Of a stretch of 64,000 bases of DNA, positions 29,323-45,790 are shown piece by piece. The first letter of the stretch is position 1, and every line of letters starts with the position of its first letter. The notes under the pieces were generated by a model. That model was not told the DNA's origin. It did not search any database and saw only the letters and a program-made list of their open reading frames with translations. This stretch comes from the human T2T-CHM13v2.0 reference genome, Homo sapiens, in the NCBI RefSeq assembly GCF_009914755.1, contig NC_060931.1; one strand, 5' to 3'. The position numbers were made by a program, and so were the translations under genes.

Positions 29323-29967
29323 TTAGTTCAAATTTTTAGGAAATATTTTTCTTTGCAGAATTTAGATTCTCTTTGTGAAGAGACGGCTTTTCATGATCAC
29401 ACCTGTATATAAATGTGGACTCAATAGGAATAATTAACATCATTCATCACTCTTGGTCAGTGCTATCATAGAGATGTAATGCAATATTTTTGTGGAGGAT
29501 CTTTTCATGACAAAGTACACTCATTGCTATTTAAATTACATTACTTTTGCATTTATAGAATCTGTGTGGAAGTCACAGTTTTTCCATTATAAGTTATGGC
29601 CTTCTATGGGATAAAATTACATGACTTTCCAGAAAATGGAGTTTCACAACTGTCTTGAGATATTTCTCTTACGAATGCCGAGGACTACTTTGGTACTGCT
29701 ATAGAAAACTGGGAGGGGGAAGGGACAGAGATGATATTGAGGAGATGGACAATGAGGTTGTCTTTAAAGCTATGCAGAGGTTAGGGTCACAGAGGAGTCA
29801 TAGTCATGGGAGTGACAGAATCAGATTGGTGTTTTACAAATATTCCCCTGGAAATGAATGGAGGACAGATGGGAAAGAAACCAGATTGGAGGAGGCAGGT
29901 TGACAACTTAGGAAACGAATTTAATAGCCCTGAAAAGATGATGAAGATCTAAAGTTAGGTTCAAATC

Positions 29968-30135
29968 CAGTGGTCCTCAACTTTAGCTAGATATTAGAGA
30001 TGGCTGAAGAGCTTTTGAAACTACAGATGTTGAATATCATTCCAGATAAATTGTATTTAAGAGTGACATCTGGGTATCAATTTTTTAAAGGTCCCCAGAT
30101 AGTTGTGATGCAAGGTAAGAATTGAGAATGCTACT
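29968..30135. mobile_element. MER5-type DNA transposon
   Basis: cagtggtcctcaactt...ccccagatagttgtgatgca...ttgagaatgct. Confidence 0.6.
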
Positions 30136-31939
30136 CTAAACCAAACAAGGCAATAAATGTGGATACATTCAAAAAGCTTTTAGAAAACAGATGATGACTG
30201 ATGGATGGGAATGGAGAAACAGGCAGGCCTCAACTTCCAGATATGTGTCTTGAACAGCATGGATGATAGGGTCGAAAATATTAACACATTTCAAGCTTTG
30301 AAAAAAAACACTAAGGTATAAGTTCCTCAAATCTAACCTGCCCTCTCCAGGCCCACAGACTGGGAGTGGCAATCAGCAAGGAAAACCTCTATTACTCCAA
30401 AAATAATCTTTTCTTTGGTTGGGAAAAGTAAGTCTTCTCAAAACTCACAAGAGAAAAAGCACTAAAGGTGCTTGTTCTGAAGGGAGATCTGGATGTTGAA
30501 ATAGCAGCATCCCATTATGTGAGATTAGATTGATGATTTCTTCAATACTGAGATGGAGCGAGTGTCCTCAGAGGACAGTGTTTCTCAAGAAGGTGGTCTA
30601 AATGACCACAAAGTTTGATAATAATTAACAGATTTCAGTCTCCATGAAAACCCGTGTTACCTGCAAGTGTGTTCTCTGTCACCTCCTATTGGCCTTATAT
30701 TTTTCTCTCTTAGCTTGCCCTCTTGGCTGTACTTTTTTCTGAGATGGTGTTATGCAATCTCCCCACAAGGGACCTCAGTAGCACTAGGCTTACACCACCC
30801 TTAGAGTGAGTAACCAGTCACTATGGCCATGGATGGACTACTCTGGCCAGCCCTAGGTCATAAGATAACCCTGGTTAAGGAGAAAGAGAGTCACCACCAC
30901 CTAAACCATGTGGATGAAGACCTGGTTGGGGGAAAGATAATTGAGATAGTGTTATTAGAAGAAGAAATATTTTTAGGGTAGGCAAAAACAACAGATGATG
31001 ACTAAAACCTCAAGAGAGTCTCTCCACTCCCTTGGCCCTCATCAGGGTCATGCACCTGAGGAATGATTCATGGGTGACTCTATCCCCTCCCTGGTCTCCA
31101 TTCATAGCCATGTGTGGAGGCAGAGATGACCATGCTGGAGAAGAGACCACCCCAGAAGACACAGCTAAAATAAAGGCAAATTTGTTGTGCCATTCTTGGC
31201 AGGGCCATCTCTCTTGTTTATTATCCTGGAGCCCTCTTCCCCTCCTCTGTTTTGCTGACCTTAATAAATGAATACATCAATATATGTTTGGAAATACATC
31301 TGTTTCTACATACCTTATGCCTTCCCTCCAAAGAATAAATTAAGTGATTAGTAGAATATAAGAGCTGAAAATGTGAGAGCTATCTGCTCAGAATCCAGAT
31401 AAAACAGAATGGGGCTTATGAAAAGTAGTGCTTGATTAGTTAGTTTCAAAAATCCTAAAACAGTGTTTTCAAATGTTCATTTCTTTGAAACAGTAGTTAA
31501 GGTTTTGATACTCTCCCCTGAGGAAGTCATCTAAAACTGCTGATAAAGCTTTTGGCAAAGAGCTTTTCATTACGGGGCTATTTATAACAACAGAAAACCG
31601 TAAACAACTTAAATATCCAGCATTGAAAGAACAGTTAAATAATAGATGGTAAATCCACACAAATAATATTATGTTCCATTAAAAACTATTGACAATAAAA
31701 TTGTAATAGTATAAAAAAATCTCAACATGAATAAAAAGCAGAATAGAAAATTATATATGCACCATAAACTCCAGCTATATAAAAAAGTGAAGCCTCACAT
31801 TAAAGACAGGGATGAGAAGGATCATTTAATAATGTAAATAAGAGTTGTTTTGATGGTGATAAAACATATAAGATTGTCATCTCCCAACTTTCTACTTTCC
31901 TCTAGTTTTTATATTTTGAGTAAGAATAATTTACACAAA

Positions 31940-33880
<1,941 letters not shown>

Positions 33881-34529
33881 GGAAATTGGAGCATTATGGT
33901 TGAAGGCCAGGAGAGAGCATTTTTGGAGGCATAAAGAGCCAAAATCAAATCAAAGCATCTTGAACAAGAAATTCATAAAATCTTGCCTTTTGTGTACTAT
34001 AGTATCTTCATAAAATCAATTAGGCAATACCTTCTTTCACTATTCTCTAGAAGATTTTGTAAAAGACCAAAATGAGATGTTTCTTGAATGCCTGGTGGAA
34101 TTCACAGGTAAAACAATCTGGGCCTGATGCTTTCTTTCTAGGAATATTTTACACTAACAGATTCCACTTCTTTAGGGTTACAAAAACAATCAGGTTTTCT
34201 ATTTCTTCTCAAATTATTTTTGGCAAGTTATTTTTTAGGAATGTGTGCATTTTATTAAAGCATTCAATTTACTGACATAAATGTGTCAATAGTGTTATAC
34301 TATTTTTTTCTGTCTCTACTGTACCTATAGTTGAATGTCTGATTTTTACATCAAATAGTTTGTTTTTGGCTTCTTTTTTTTCTTGTAATTTATATCACAA
34401 ATACTTTTTCAGCTGGCTTGATTGATCCTTTCTATTATATTTGGGGTTTTTATTTGTTCCCTGCTTTTGTCTTCTTCATCTCCTTTCCTCTGATTTAAAT
34501 TGATTTATATACCATTATTCTTTTTCTAA

Positions 34530-35383
34530 CATCTTTTTATTTTAATTGAGGTAAAATTTATATAACATATCATTCATCAAATTAACCAAGTGTACAATTA
34601 AGCGGCAGTTAGTACATTCAAAATGTGGTCAACTATAAGATCTATCTAGCTCCAAAACCCAAAAGGAAACTTAATAGGAAACCTCAGAACCATTAAACAG
34701 TCACTTCCCCACACCCCCCATCCAGCCCTAGCAACCATGAGTCTGTCTATGAATTTGCCCATTATGAATATTTCATATAAATGGAATCATGGTAGAATAT
34801 GTGGCTTTTTGTTTCTGGCTTCTTTCACTTTGCATAAGATGTTTAAAGTTCATCCATATTGCAGCATGTATCAATACTTCATTTTTTTATGGCTGAAAAA
34901 TAATACTCCATTATTACATATTATGTTTTATTTATCAGCTCATCCACTGATGGACATTTGGGTTGTTTCCAGCTTTTGGCTATTGGGAATGATGCTGCTA
35001 TTAACAATCAGACATAAATATTTGTTTGAAACCTGGTTTCTATTCTTTTAACTATATACCTAGGAGTAAAATTGCTGGGTCATATGATAATTCTATGTTT
35101 AACTTTTTAAGTAAATACAAAATTGTTTTCTACAATGACTGCATCTTTTTATATTCTCATCAGCAATGTACAAGAGTTCTAACATCTCTACATCCTTGCC
35201 AGCACTTGTTATTTTCCTTTTTTAAATTATAATCATCCTAGTGGCTGTGAAATGGTATCTCTGTGGTTTTGGTTTGCATTTTCCTAATAATTAATGATGG
35301 TGAGCATTTTTTCATGTGCTTGTTAACCATTTGTGTATCATCTTCAGAGAAATGTCACTTAAGTCCTTTGTTCCATTTTTTAG
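34530..35383 (-). mobile_element. L1MB-type 3' fragment
   Basis: Antisense L1MB 3'UTR/ORF2 end (atttcatataaatggaatcat, ggacatttgggttgtttcca, attgctgggtcatatgataattctatg). Confidence 0.85.
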
Positions 35384-36740
35384 TTGCATGTCCCACAGGG
35401 TATTCCCTTGATGTAGTACTCTCCCCACTTTTCCTAGGGATGTGGCTTCCTGAGAGCTGAGCTCTAGTGATTGTTATCTCTCTTTTGGATCTAGCCACCG
35501 AGCAGGTCTACCAGGCTCCAGGCTGGTACTGCCAGAGTCTGCCCAGAGTCCTGTGATGTGAACCATCTGTGGGTCTCTCAGCCATGGATACTAGCACCTG
35601 CTCTGGTGCAGGTGGCAGGGGGGTGAAATGGACTCTGTGAAGTTCCTTATTTTTGGTTGTTTAATGCATTATTTTTGTGCTTGTTGGCCTCTGCCAGGAG
35701 GTGGTGTTTTTAAGAGAGCATCAGCTGTGGTAGTATGGGGAGGATCAGGTGGTGGGCAGGGCCCTAGAACACCCATAAGTATACGCCGTTTGTCTTCAGC
35801 TAGCAGGGTGAGTAGGAAAGAACCATTAGTTGGGGACAGGGCTAAGCATGTCTGAGCTCAGACTCTCCTTGGGAAGTCTTAGTGCAGCTGCTGTGGGTAA
35901 TTATGGTGTGGTTCCCAGGTCAATGGAGTTATGTTCCTGGGAGGATTATGCCTGCCTCTGCTGTGTCATGCACATTGTCAGGGAAGTTGGGGAAAGCTGG
36001 CAGTCACAGGCCTCACCCAGCTCCCAAGCAACCCAAAAGGCCGGTCTCACTCCCACCATGCCCCGCCAACAGCACTGAGTTTGTTTCCAGGCAGTGGGTG
36101 AGCAGGGCTGAGAACCTGTCCCAGGCTACCTGCCTCCCAGCTGTGAAAGCAAGTAGAGCTTCAGTACTTCCCCACCTGTGGAGTCTGCATACCAGATACA
36201 CACCCTCCCCCAAGTTCTGTCCAGGAGACTTCTAGTTTGGTAGCAATTGTTACGAAGTTCAGCTGGAGGTTTCCTTCTCCTTGTAGCCTTTTCCCAGTGC
36301 CTCTGGCAGCACTCCCCAAGGACCCCTGTGAGGCAAGGCAGAAATGGCTTGTTAGGGGACCCACAGAGCCCACAGGGCTTTCCTGCTGCTTCCTCTACCC
36401 CTGTATTTCACTTGGCTCTCTAAATTGACTTAGCTCCAGGTATGGTCAGAATATTCTCCTGTCATCTAGACCTTTAGGTTACCTAGTGACGGTGTGTGTT
36501 TGGGGGTGGACAATCTCCCTTTCCCACTTTCACAGTTTGGGCACTCACAGGATTTGGGGTGTCTCCTAGGTCTTGCAGGAACAATCTGCTTCCTGCAGAG
36601 GGTCTGTGGGTTCTCTCGGCTTTCCTGATTTATTCCTGCAGTCATTCTGGAGCAAGAGTTCATGAAGCAAGACTCCACATGCTGCTCTGTCCATCTAAGT
36701 GACAGCTGCAATCTAGTCCTGCCTCCTGTCCACCGTGAGC
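35384..36740 (-). mobile_element. Isolated L1PB/L1PBa-type 5' end (5'UTR)
   Basis: GC-rich block ending gctgcaatctagtcctgcctcctgtccacc, resembling the antisense L1PBa 5' terminus. Confidence 0.7.
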
Positions 36741-37369
36741 CTCTGTAAATCCTGGATATGGAATTCTTGATTGACAGGATTATTTTTCTTTCAGCACCTT
36801 AAATATGTTATCCCATTGCCTTATGGCCTCCATAATTCCTGAAGAGAAACCTACTGTCAATCTTATGGAGGCACTCTTGTACATGACAAGTCATTTCTTT
36901 TTTGTTACTTTTAAGATTGTCTCTTAGTCTTTGGTCTTTCAGAAATTTAGTAACATGGTGTCTTGGTATGGATATCTGTAAGTTTCTCCTTGGAGTTCAT
37001 CAGGCTTTTTGCATGTGTAGATTTGTGTCATTTGGGAAGGTTTTGGCCATTATTTCTTTAAATATTCTTTCTGTCCCTTTATCTCTCTGCCTTCCTCTAA
37101 GATACCCAGAGGTGAAAGCTCAGGGTCTTCTCATGTTTTTTTTGAGAGTTTATTCAGTCCTGAGTATGCATTTGATCTCTTTGATTTACTTGTACATATT
37201 AGTGCTTTTGAAAATTGTTATTCCCCCATATATCTTCTTTCCCAACCTCATTCTTCCTAGGATTCTTGATCTATTGTTTGTCCTGACTGTTATCACCTGC
37301 TCCAAGCTGCTGTGGACAATTCCTTTGGCTTTAAATATTTTTTAGCAAATGTGGTTCAGGAAGCTCTAT

Positions 37370-37491
37370 GACCCTGGGAATATTCTAAGTTAGGTAAAAC
37401 AAAGGCACACTTTGTACTGATCCTTCAGGGACCCTGGGAATATTCTAAGTTAGGTAAAACAAAGGCACACTTTGCACTGATCCTTCAGGGA
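37370..37491. repeat. 60-bp tandem duplication (2 copies, 1 mismatch)
   Basis: 37370-37429 and 37430-37489 are identical except T37415/C37475. Confidence 0.97.
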
Positions 37492-37977
37492 GCTGCCAGA
37501 CAGTCAAAACACACAACCAAAACTCTTCAAGAATAAAGTCTATACTGTCCCCTGTGACATTAGCAAACTGGAACAGTATTTTCATGGCCACCATTACTCT
37601 GGGGAAGAGGGGTGACAAGCAGGCAATTTTAAATTCTCTAACACCCTCTTACCACAATGCAGCAGCTTCTTTCTTCATTAAGCTTCCCCTGGTTGTTGTT
37701 AGTTTTTCACTGTGTTTCCTAGTTCTGTGAAAGTTGATTCTACCAGTTTTTGCCAGCATTTGTTGCTGGATGTATGGAACCTTAGAGTTCCCTACTCTGC
37801 CATTGTTGGCAAAATCAATTGCACCTTTTTTTAACTTGTCAAATTAGTTGCTTAGATAGTTTATTTTCACTTTCTTCTTCTCTAATATAAGCAGTTAGGA
37901 ACCATAAGTTTTTCTCAAGGATTTTTTAGTTTCATCATCTCACAAATTATAATGTGCTATTCTCTCAATCTCTCTCC

Positions 37978-39510
37978 TTTTTTTTTTTTAGGTTTGGGGG
38001 TGCATGTGAATGTTTGTTACATAGGTAAACTCATGTCACAAGGGTTTGTTGTATAGATTATTTCATCACCCAGATATTAAGCCCAGTACCCAATAGTTAT
38101 CTTTTCTGCTCCTCTCCCTCCTCCCACCCTCCACTTTCAAGTAGACTACAGTGTCTTGTGTCTCCTTCTTTGTGTTCATAAGTTCTCATCATTTAGCTCA
38201 CACTTGTAAGTGGGAACATGCGGTATTTCGTTTTCTGTTCCTGCATTAGTTTGCTAAGCATAATATCCTCCAGCTTCATCCATGTTCCCACAAAAGACAT
38301 GATCTCATTCTTTTTATGATTGCATAGTATCCCATGATGTATATGTACTACATTTGCTTCATCCAATCTGTCATTGATGGGCATTTAGGTTGATTCTATG
38401 TCTTTGCTCTTGTGAATAGTACTGCAATGAACATTTGTATGCATGTGTCTTTATGGTAGAATGATTTATATTTCTCTGGGTATATATCCAGTAATGGAAA
38501 TGCTGGGTCAAATGGTAGCCCTGCTTTCATCTCTTTGAATGGCAATACTGCATTCCACAATGGTTTACACTCCCACCAACAGTGTATAATTCTTCCCTTT
38601 TCTCTGCAACGTCACCAGCATCTGTTATTTTTTGACTTTTTAGTAATAGCCATTCTGATGGATGTGAGATGGTATTTCACTGTGATTTTGATTTGTATTT
38701 CTCTAATAATCAGTGATATTGAGCTTTATTTCATGTGCTTGTTGGCTGCATGTGTCTTCTTTTGAAAAGTGTCTGTTCATGTCTTTTGCCCACTTTTTAA
38801 TGGGGTTGTTTTTCTCTTGTAAATTTGTTTAAGTTTCTTATAAGTGCTAGATATTAAAACTTTGTCAAATGAGAGTTTGAAATATTTTCTCCTATTCTGT
38901 AGGGTGTCTTTTTACTCTGTTGATAGTTTCTTTTGCGTGCAGAAACTCTTAAGTTTAATTAGATCCCACTTGTCAATTGTTGATTTTGTTGTGATTCCTT
39001 TTGGTGTCTTTATCATGAAATCTTTGTCCCTTCCTGTATCCACGATGGTATTACTTACGTTGTCTTCCGGGTTTTTACAGTTTTGGGTTTTACATTTAAA
39101 TCTTTAATCCATCTTGAGTTTATTTTTGTATGTGGTGTAAGGAAGGGGTCCAGCTTCCATCTTCTGCCTATGGCTTGCCAGTTATCTCAGCACTATTTAT
39201 TGAATCAGGAGTCTTTTCCCCATGACTTGTTTTCTCTCTCTCTCTGTCTTCTTTTTTTTTTTTGTAGATGGAGTCTCACTCTGTCACCCAGGCTGGCGTG
39301 CAGTGGCATGATCTTGGCGCACTGCAACCTCCGCCTCCTGGGTTCAAGCAATTCTCTGTCTCAGTCTCCCGAGTAGCTGGGATTACAGGCACCCACTACC
39401 ACGCCTGGCTAATTTTTGTATTTTTAGTACAGACGGGGTTTAACCATCTTGGCCAGGCTGGTCTTGAACTCCTAACCTCGTATCAGCTTTGTTGAAGATT
39501 AGATCATGTG
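37978..39510 (-). mobile_element. L1PA13-16-type 3' fragment
   Basis: T-tail followed by tttgttacataggtaaac...tttcatcacccag...agtacccaatagtta and antisense ORF2 sequence. Confidence 0.85.
39250..39481 (-). mobile_element. 5'-truncated AluS (Sg-like) within L1
   Basis: Alu right arm and most of the left arm, ending at ...ctcctaacctcgt; L1 sequence then resumes. Confidence 0.9.
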
Positions 39511-40621
39511 TTATTTTCATTACTATCTCATTATGATCAACAAATCTATAATTTTTATTATGATTTCTTTTTGGGCAACTGTTACTTAGAAGTGTGCTTT
39601 TTAATTTTCAAAAGTACCAGGCTTGTCTAGTTATATTTTTGTTATCATTTTCTAGCTTACTTTCCTGTATGTTTTAGTTTTTTTGAATCAGATGAAATGA
39701 CATATGGTCTAATATATAATAATCTGATACTCTTCTATGTACCCTTGAATACATGTGTTCAGCCGATTTGAGAAGTATTAGTTTGTATGTTTACATTAGG
39801 TCAAGTTTGTTTGCTGTGTAGTTAAAATCTGCTCTATCCTTGCTGATTATTATTATGTATTCCATCTTTAAATAAATAAGAGAACTTGCTAAAATCTGAA
39901 GTTCTGGTGGTGGATTTATCTTTTTCTCCCATAGTTCTATTATTTTCTTACTTTATTTATTCTAATGGGCTTAGAATTGCTATATCTTCCTGGTGAATTT
40001 AACTAGTATTCAATATAGAGTATCTCTCTTTATCTCTAGTAATGCTTTTAGCATTAAAAAGATTTTTATCTTACATTGATATCACTACAGGATTTTTCTT
40101 AATTAATATTTGTCTGGTATACCATTTTATTGTTGTTTTAAAATTTTATGTTTTTATGTTCTAGGTGCTTCCTTTTTCTTCTTTTTTGAGAGCAAGTCTA
40201 CATGTGCCTAACCTTGTGTCTGGTAGCAGTGGGCCTCAGGATAAAAGGGGCAGGAAGAGCAGAGGAAATGGGAAGGACCCCAATTTTGCTGGGTGACTTT
40301 CTGGCACCTAGCAGGGATTCAATAGATGTCCATTGAACTGTCAAAATGAATGCAGATGGCTGGACTTCCTTCTAGTGTTACCCTTGGACTCAGATGAAGT
40401 CTCCCCATTCCTTCTTCCTGTTTGAAACACTAGTTGTCCCATTGGGAATCCCTCATCCCCAAGGCCTTCTGCTCATGATGAATAATCAATCAGGTTTGTG
40501 ATTCAAAACAACATCCATCATCTCTGTAAAACCAGTTCCCCATCCTAAAGCTATGACATTGTTTGACAAGGGTATGTATTATTTAAAACCAGGACTTTGT
40601 CATGTTTTCATTATCTGAGTA

Positions 40622-40930
40622 CAGTTGGCCCTTTGTATCCATGGGTTCTGCATTTATGAATTCAACCAATTGTGAATTGAAAATATTCAGAAAAAAATGC
40701 ATCTATACTGAACATGTTCACACTTTCTCCTTGTCATAATTTTCTAAACAATATAGTATAACAACAATTTATATAGAACTTACATTGTATTAGGAATTAA
40801 AAGTAATATAGAGATAATTTAAGCTTGGTTAATATATGCAAACACAGCATCATTTTATTTCAGGGATTTTGGTATCCATGGAAGGCTATCCATGGAAACC
40901 AATAACCCCATATATACAAAGGGACAACTA
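40622..40930. mobile_element. MER2 (TcMar-Tigger) DNA transposon
   Basis: TIRs cagttggccctttgtatccatggg / cccatatatacaaagggacaacta, flanked by TA. Confidence 0.85.
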
Positions 40931-41324
40931 TATTGGCATCCTTTACTGATTATAGAACATTCCTAGTCACTACCATAGTGCCTCTTTCACATTCTCTTTA
41001 TTATCTTCTTCTGGAACTCCAGTGGGATTTTTGTTGGACTTTCTCATCCTATTCATTATGCCTCTTCACTTCTCTTTGGTCTATCTCTTTGTCTCTTTCT
41101 ATTGCTTTTTGAGTAATTTATTTGGTCCAATCATCAAGTTTACTATTTCTCTTTTTATTGGTTCCAACCTTATAATCAACATATTCATTGAGATTCTAAC
41201 TTTATTACAATTATTTTTTCATTTCTAAAAGTTCTACTTTGTTCTTAAATTTATCTAGTCAATTAGAGAATTCCTCTTTCATCAAACTTGCAATTTTCTG
41301 CTTAATTTCTTTCAATATATTATC

Positions 41325-41618
41325 TATTAATTTATTTATTTAGAGATAGAGTTTTGCTCTGTCACCAGGGCTGAAGTGCACTGGCATGATCACAGCTCAC
41401 TGCAGACTTGAACTCCTAGGCTCAAGCCATCCTCCCATCTCAGCCTCCCAAGTAGCTGGAACTATAGGTGTGCACCACCAAGCCCAGCTAATTTTTTTTT
41501 CTGGAGATAGGGTCTCACTCTGTTGCCCAGGCTGGTCTTAAACTCCTGGTCACAAACAGTCCTCCTGCCTTGGTCTCCCAAATTGCTGGGATTACAGGTG
41601 TGAGCCACCATCTCCGGC
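41325..41618 (-). mobile_element. AluJ element
   Basis: Full dimer with J diagnostics (gatcacagctcactgcag, ggctcaagccatcctcc). Confidence 0.9.
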
Positions 41619-41734
41619 CTATTTTTAAATATTATGTAATACTGTTTATCTGATATTCCCAATATATGCAATCTTTGCACATCTGATTTCTGTGTGTACA
41701 CAGGTGTTCATGTTTATACATTTGAGTTTTCCAA

Positions 41735-41876
41735 AAGCCATAGTACACTCATGAGAAAATGAAAGTGAAAAGACAAATACAGTCTTAGTATTAATTATAA
41801 AAATAGTTTTTGCCTAATGGATTCAGAGTCTTAGTGACCCTCAGAGGTCCTCAGACTACACACTCAGAACCACTTC
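41735..41876 (+). mobile_element. Charlie1a-like terminal fragment
   Basis: Similar to 14160-14290 (gagaaaatgaaagtgaaaagacaaa...aaaatagttttt...cagactacacactcagaaccact). Confidence 0.55.
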
Positions 41877-42061
41877 ACTAAAGCATCCATCGATACAATC
41901 AGTTATTTCTTTCCTGTGCCTCCAAAATGTTTCTACCTCAATACCAACCTTGGAAAAATTGAGAAAATGAAAGCTCAAATTATTTTCCATGGAGCTTAAT
42001 TTTCTCTGCAATTCTGATCAAAAAAGATTGTAAGCAATGAAAGAATCAAACTAGCTGTATT

Positions 42062-42367
42062 CAGTAGTCCTCCCTTATCCATAGTTTCACTTTCCATGGT
42101 TTCAGTTAATAGTGCAATAGAGTAAGATATTTTGAGAGAGAATGACCCCATATTCACATAACTTTTATTACAGCATATATTTATCATTATCATATGGTAT
42201 CAGTATATTATTGTTGTTCATTTCTTTATGTGCCTGATTTATAAATTAAATTTTATCATAGTTATGTATGTATGTATAAAAGAAAACATGGTATATACAG
42301 AGTTCAGTACTATCTGCAGTTGGAACTCTTCAAACATATCCCTCACAGATAAGGGGAGACCTGCTGT
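42062..42367. mobile_element. MER44A (Tigger7-derived)
   Basis: TIRs cagtagtcctcccttatc / gataaggggagacctgctg. Confidence 0.8.
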
Positions 42368-42650
42368 AATATTTTTGCTTCTTAACCAAGTGTTCTCCCT
42401 CCACCCATCCCTGTCTTAGCATTTCTATCATTACATAATTCTCTATTTGGAAAACTGTATCATGAGGTTTTTACTGCCACAATGCAGGTTAATTAGGAAA
42501 TGAGAAAAACAAAGTAGCCTATTTCTTGGTCTTGAGTTTCAAGTGATTTAGAAGGAAAAATGAAAACCAGGCTACCTGGATCCAAGAATGGGAAAGAGTG
42601 AGGAGTATGCAGGGAGGAGGAGACAAGAGCTTAAACATGGAGGCATTTCT

Positions 42651-42962
<312 letters not shown>

Positions 42963-43415
42963 CTAAGAGAGAGACCTTAACCCTAAGGCAGACACTGAAG
43001 AGGATTTGGGGCATGAAATAGGAGCTGCAGGTTGGAGAACATCACAAGCAAGGGCATCTGTAACCCACCCTACCCACTTTCTCAAGAGACAGTCCAGAGA
43101 GCGAGTAAGGCACAGGGGCCCTCTTCTGCATATTGAAAGTGAGAAGAAATGCCTATGCGAGTGTCTAGGCAGAGAGCTTGAAACAGCCACTTGTGGGTCT
43201 CTGCACCTGCAGCCTGGTGCAGGGATCAGAAGAATGTACTTATTCTGTGCAACAAGAGCCATGCCTTTGTGACAAAGCCCGTGGCCCAAGAAGGCCCTGC
43301 ATTTGGAACAAGGAGGCACCACTTTGATCTGCTGACAGCTAAGTGCAAGGTGGAATCAGAGATATCTTAATAGATGTCAATGATAACAGATGATACCAAG
43401 AACCAGGCATCTTAG

Positions 43416-43445
43416 ACACACACACACATACACACACACACACAC
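43416..43445. repeat. (CA)n microsatellite
   Basis: Direct reading. Confidence 0.9.
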
Positions 43446-45790
43446 GTGCACGAGCACCCACGCACGCATGTGACTGGATACCGCATGAGTTTTCTAAAGC
43501 TTAAAGATGACTACAAGGACAAAGAGTAAACACTTAATTGACTGCAATTAAGTTTTTGATATCCAGCAGAGTAGGAGTTTTTACTAGCAATTAACTTCAG
43601 TTTTAGAACACGACAAATCTTATTTTTATTATACAACTACAAACAAATATATAATGAATGCTCAGATTCCAGGACCCTATACCTGGGGTGATGGGTGGGA
43701 CGAGTTAAAGAAGGGATCTGGACACTGCTGCCTCTCTGCCTTCTTTATATGGGGACCGTATCACAAATGAGGCTCACTGTGCCTCCAGTCATGTTTACTG
43801 TGCAGCAAGGCTTTTGGCCAGAGAACATAATTGACATGCACAGAGCTGGAGCTCTTGCCAGCTCACAGCAAAAGGGCCTCTAATTCAGAGAAAAAGGAGT
43901 TGGACCTCTGCCAGTCATGTACCTGTTATGCTTTCATATAGGCATCAGTTAGACCCTGATCTCAGTCTGACAAACCAGAAAATATAAAACCATCAGGATC
44001 AAGGCATACTTTTTACTGGGAGTGTTAGCCTGGTAATGGAGAGGAATGTTATTGCTCTAAGCATTCGCATAATATCTATTGATCAAACCTCTGTGAAGCT
44101 GCTATTCTTCATGCCAGCGTCTGGCGGCAAGGGAGGACTATTTCAGGTCTCACCATCACAGCCACTTCACACTCAGGCCATGCCACAGTCACCAGCACAG
44201 CTTGGGATTGGGGCAGGAAGTCCCCAGGGTGACCAGACAGAAAGCAGCCTCAGGACGGGGCCAGAGCATGAGACTAGGGGTGGTGGCAGCTGGGTTTTAT
44301 TTACTCTGGGCTGTGTGACCTTGGGCAAGCTGCCAGCCCATTCTGTTCCTCTCTGCATGCCATACAACCGGGAATTCCTACATTACTGAGTCACTCCTGG
44401 GCCAAGGTTTGATGTCCCTATTAAAATGCTGTTGAGAGAGTAAGTGGCTTCAGTCACTAGCCCTGGAGAATGAGTTCACCAGTTTGATTTGTTTACAACT
44501 GAGAACTCTTTCAGTTTGTGTGCGTGAGGTGCTGGGGGAGCAGGTGGAAGAGGCTTTGCTGGAGTGGGGGAAATATCCTGCCTGGGAGTGGGATTGGCGG
44601 AAGGGGGCATATTTGTCAATCACAATAGAATCCTAGACACTTATGTCTGGGAGGCATAGCATAGGCCATTGCATTCATCTTCCCCCCAGTACCTGAATCT
44701 GTGACCAATGGAACTGAGGATCTTTACTTAACAACCTCTAGTGATGGGATAATCACCTCCTTCTAAGGCAAGCTACTTGGAAACTCTAAGATATTACTGA
44801 GAAAAGACCCTGAGCCCAGCCTTGAATTAGTCCAAAGTCTAATGCTTCTCCCAGGTGACAGCCCTTGAAAGAGTGTGTGACAGGCGCCATGCCCCCTGAA
44901 TGGTCTCTTCTCCCAAATAAATAATACCTGATTCTCCCTCTGCAATGTTCATGACCCAAACAAAGCTGAGCCTCTGTGTGGCCACTCTCAGTTTGATGTT
45001 GTACCCCAAACCTTCAACCTCAGTCTTAATGCCTGGGAATGGGGGAATGTGTGGAAAAAGGCATGAAACACAGTACACAGCAAAATGTCTTAACATTTCT
45101 CTTGATTCTCTAGCTCCTTATCCCTTTTCCTAAAAATCTCTTTCTAAATCTTTCAAGGATAAAGGGAAGGGGGTAGAAAGGGGAAGTGAGGAGAGGTAAA
45201 GGAAGATGTTCATTATTGGGAGCCTATAATGTTCCAAACACGTGGGACATTTAATCTTCACAAAGTAAGTATACCCACCCTAATTTTATAAGGTAGAAAC
45301 TAAGACCCAAGATATCTAAGTAAGTTGCCCAAAGTCACAAAGCAATTACCTGGCAAACAATGGATTCAGATAATGACTATATCATAGGCCAAGCCCAATT
45401 ACACTCAAAATAATTCACATCTTCCTAAGAGGCAAGCCCTGGGGGCCCAAGAGGGGGTTGTTGAGTAAGGGCAGAAAGTACAAGGGAGACAAGTTGCCAA
45501 TCACAGCTTGGCCCTGATTATTGTAATAACTGACACAATTAAAGTTCAATTTCGTATCCTTAGAAGGTTTCCGTCATATTCCAAGGCTGATGAGAAATTT
45601 CCATTCTAAGAATGGGGATCTGTTGAATGTTTTAAATTCAGGCACTTAATTAAATCTTTTAAGATGACTCTTTCTGTGTTTGCCCTTAGTCTTTTATTTC
45701 TATCCAATATTGTTCCTGGACCAAATAGGGTCGGGCTGCTGTTTCTTGTAGCCCAATAATGAGATGCAGATGAACTGGGGAGGAAGAGAG

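Noticed and set aside
36902-37345. 147-aa hydrophobic ORF
   Set aside because: Non-ATG start in antisense old L1 sequence; no recognisable domain.
37370-37491. CRISPR-like or other prokaryotic array
   Set aside because: Two abutting copies with no spacers, in primate DNA; no prokaryotic systems, tRNA or rRNA genes were seen.
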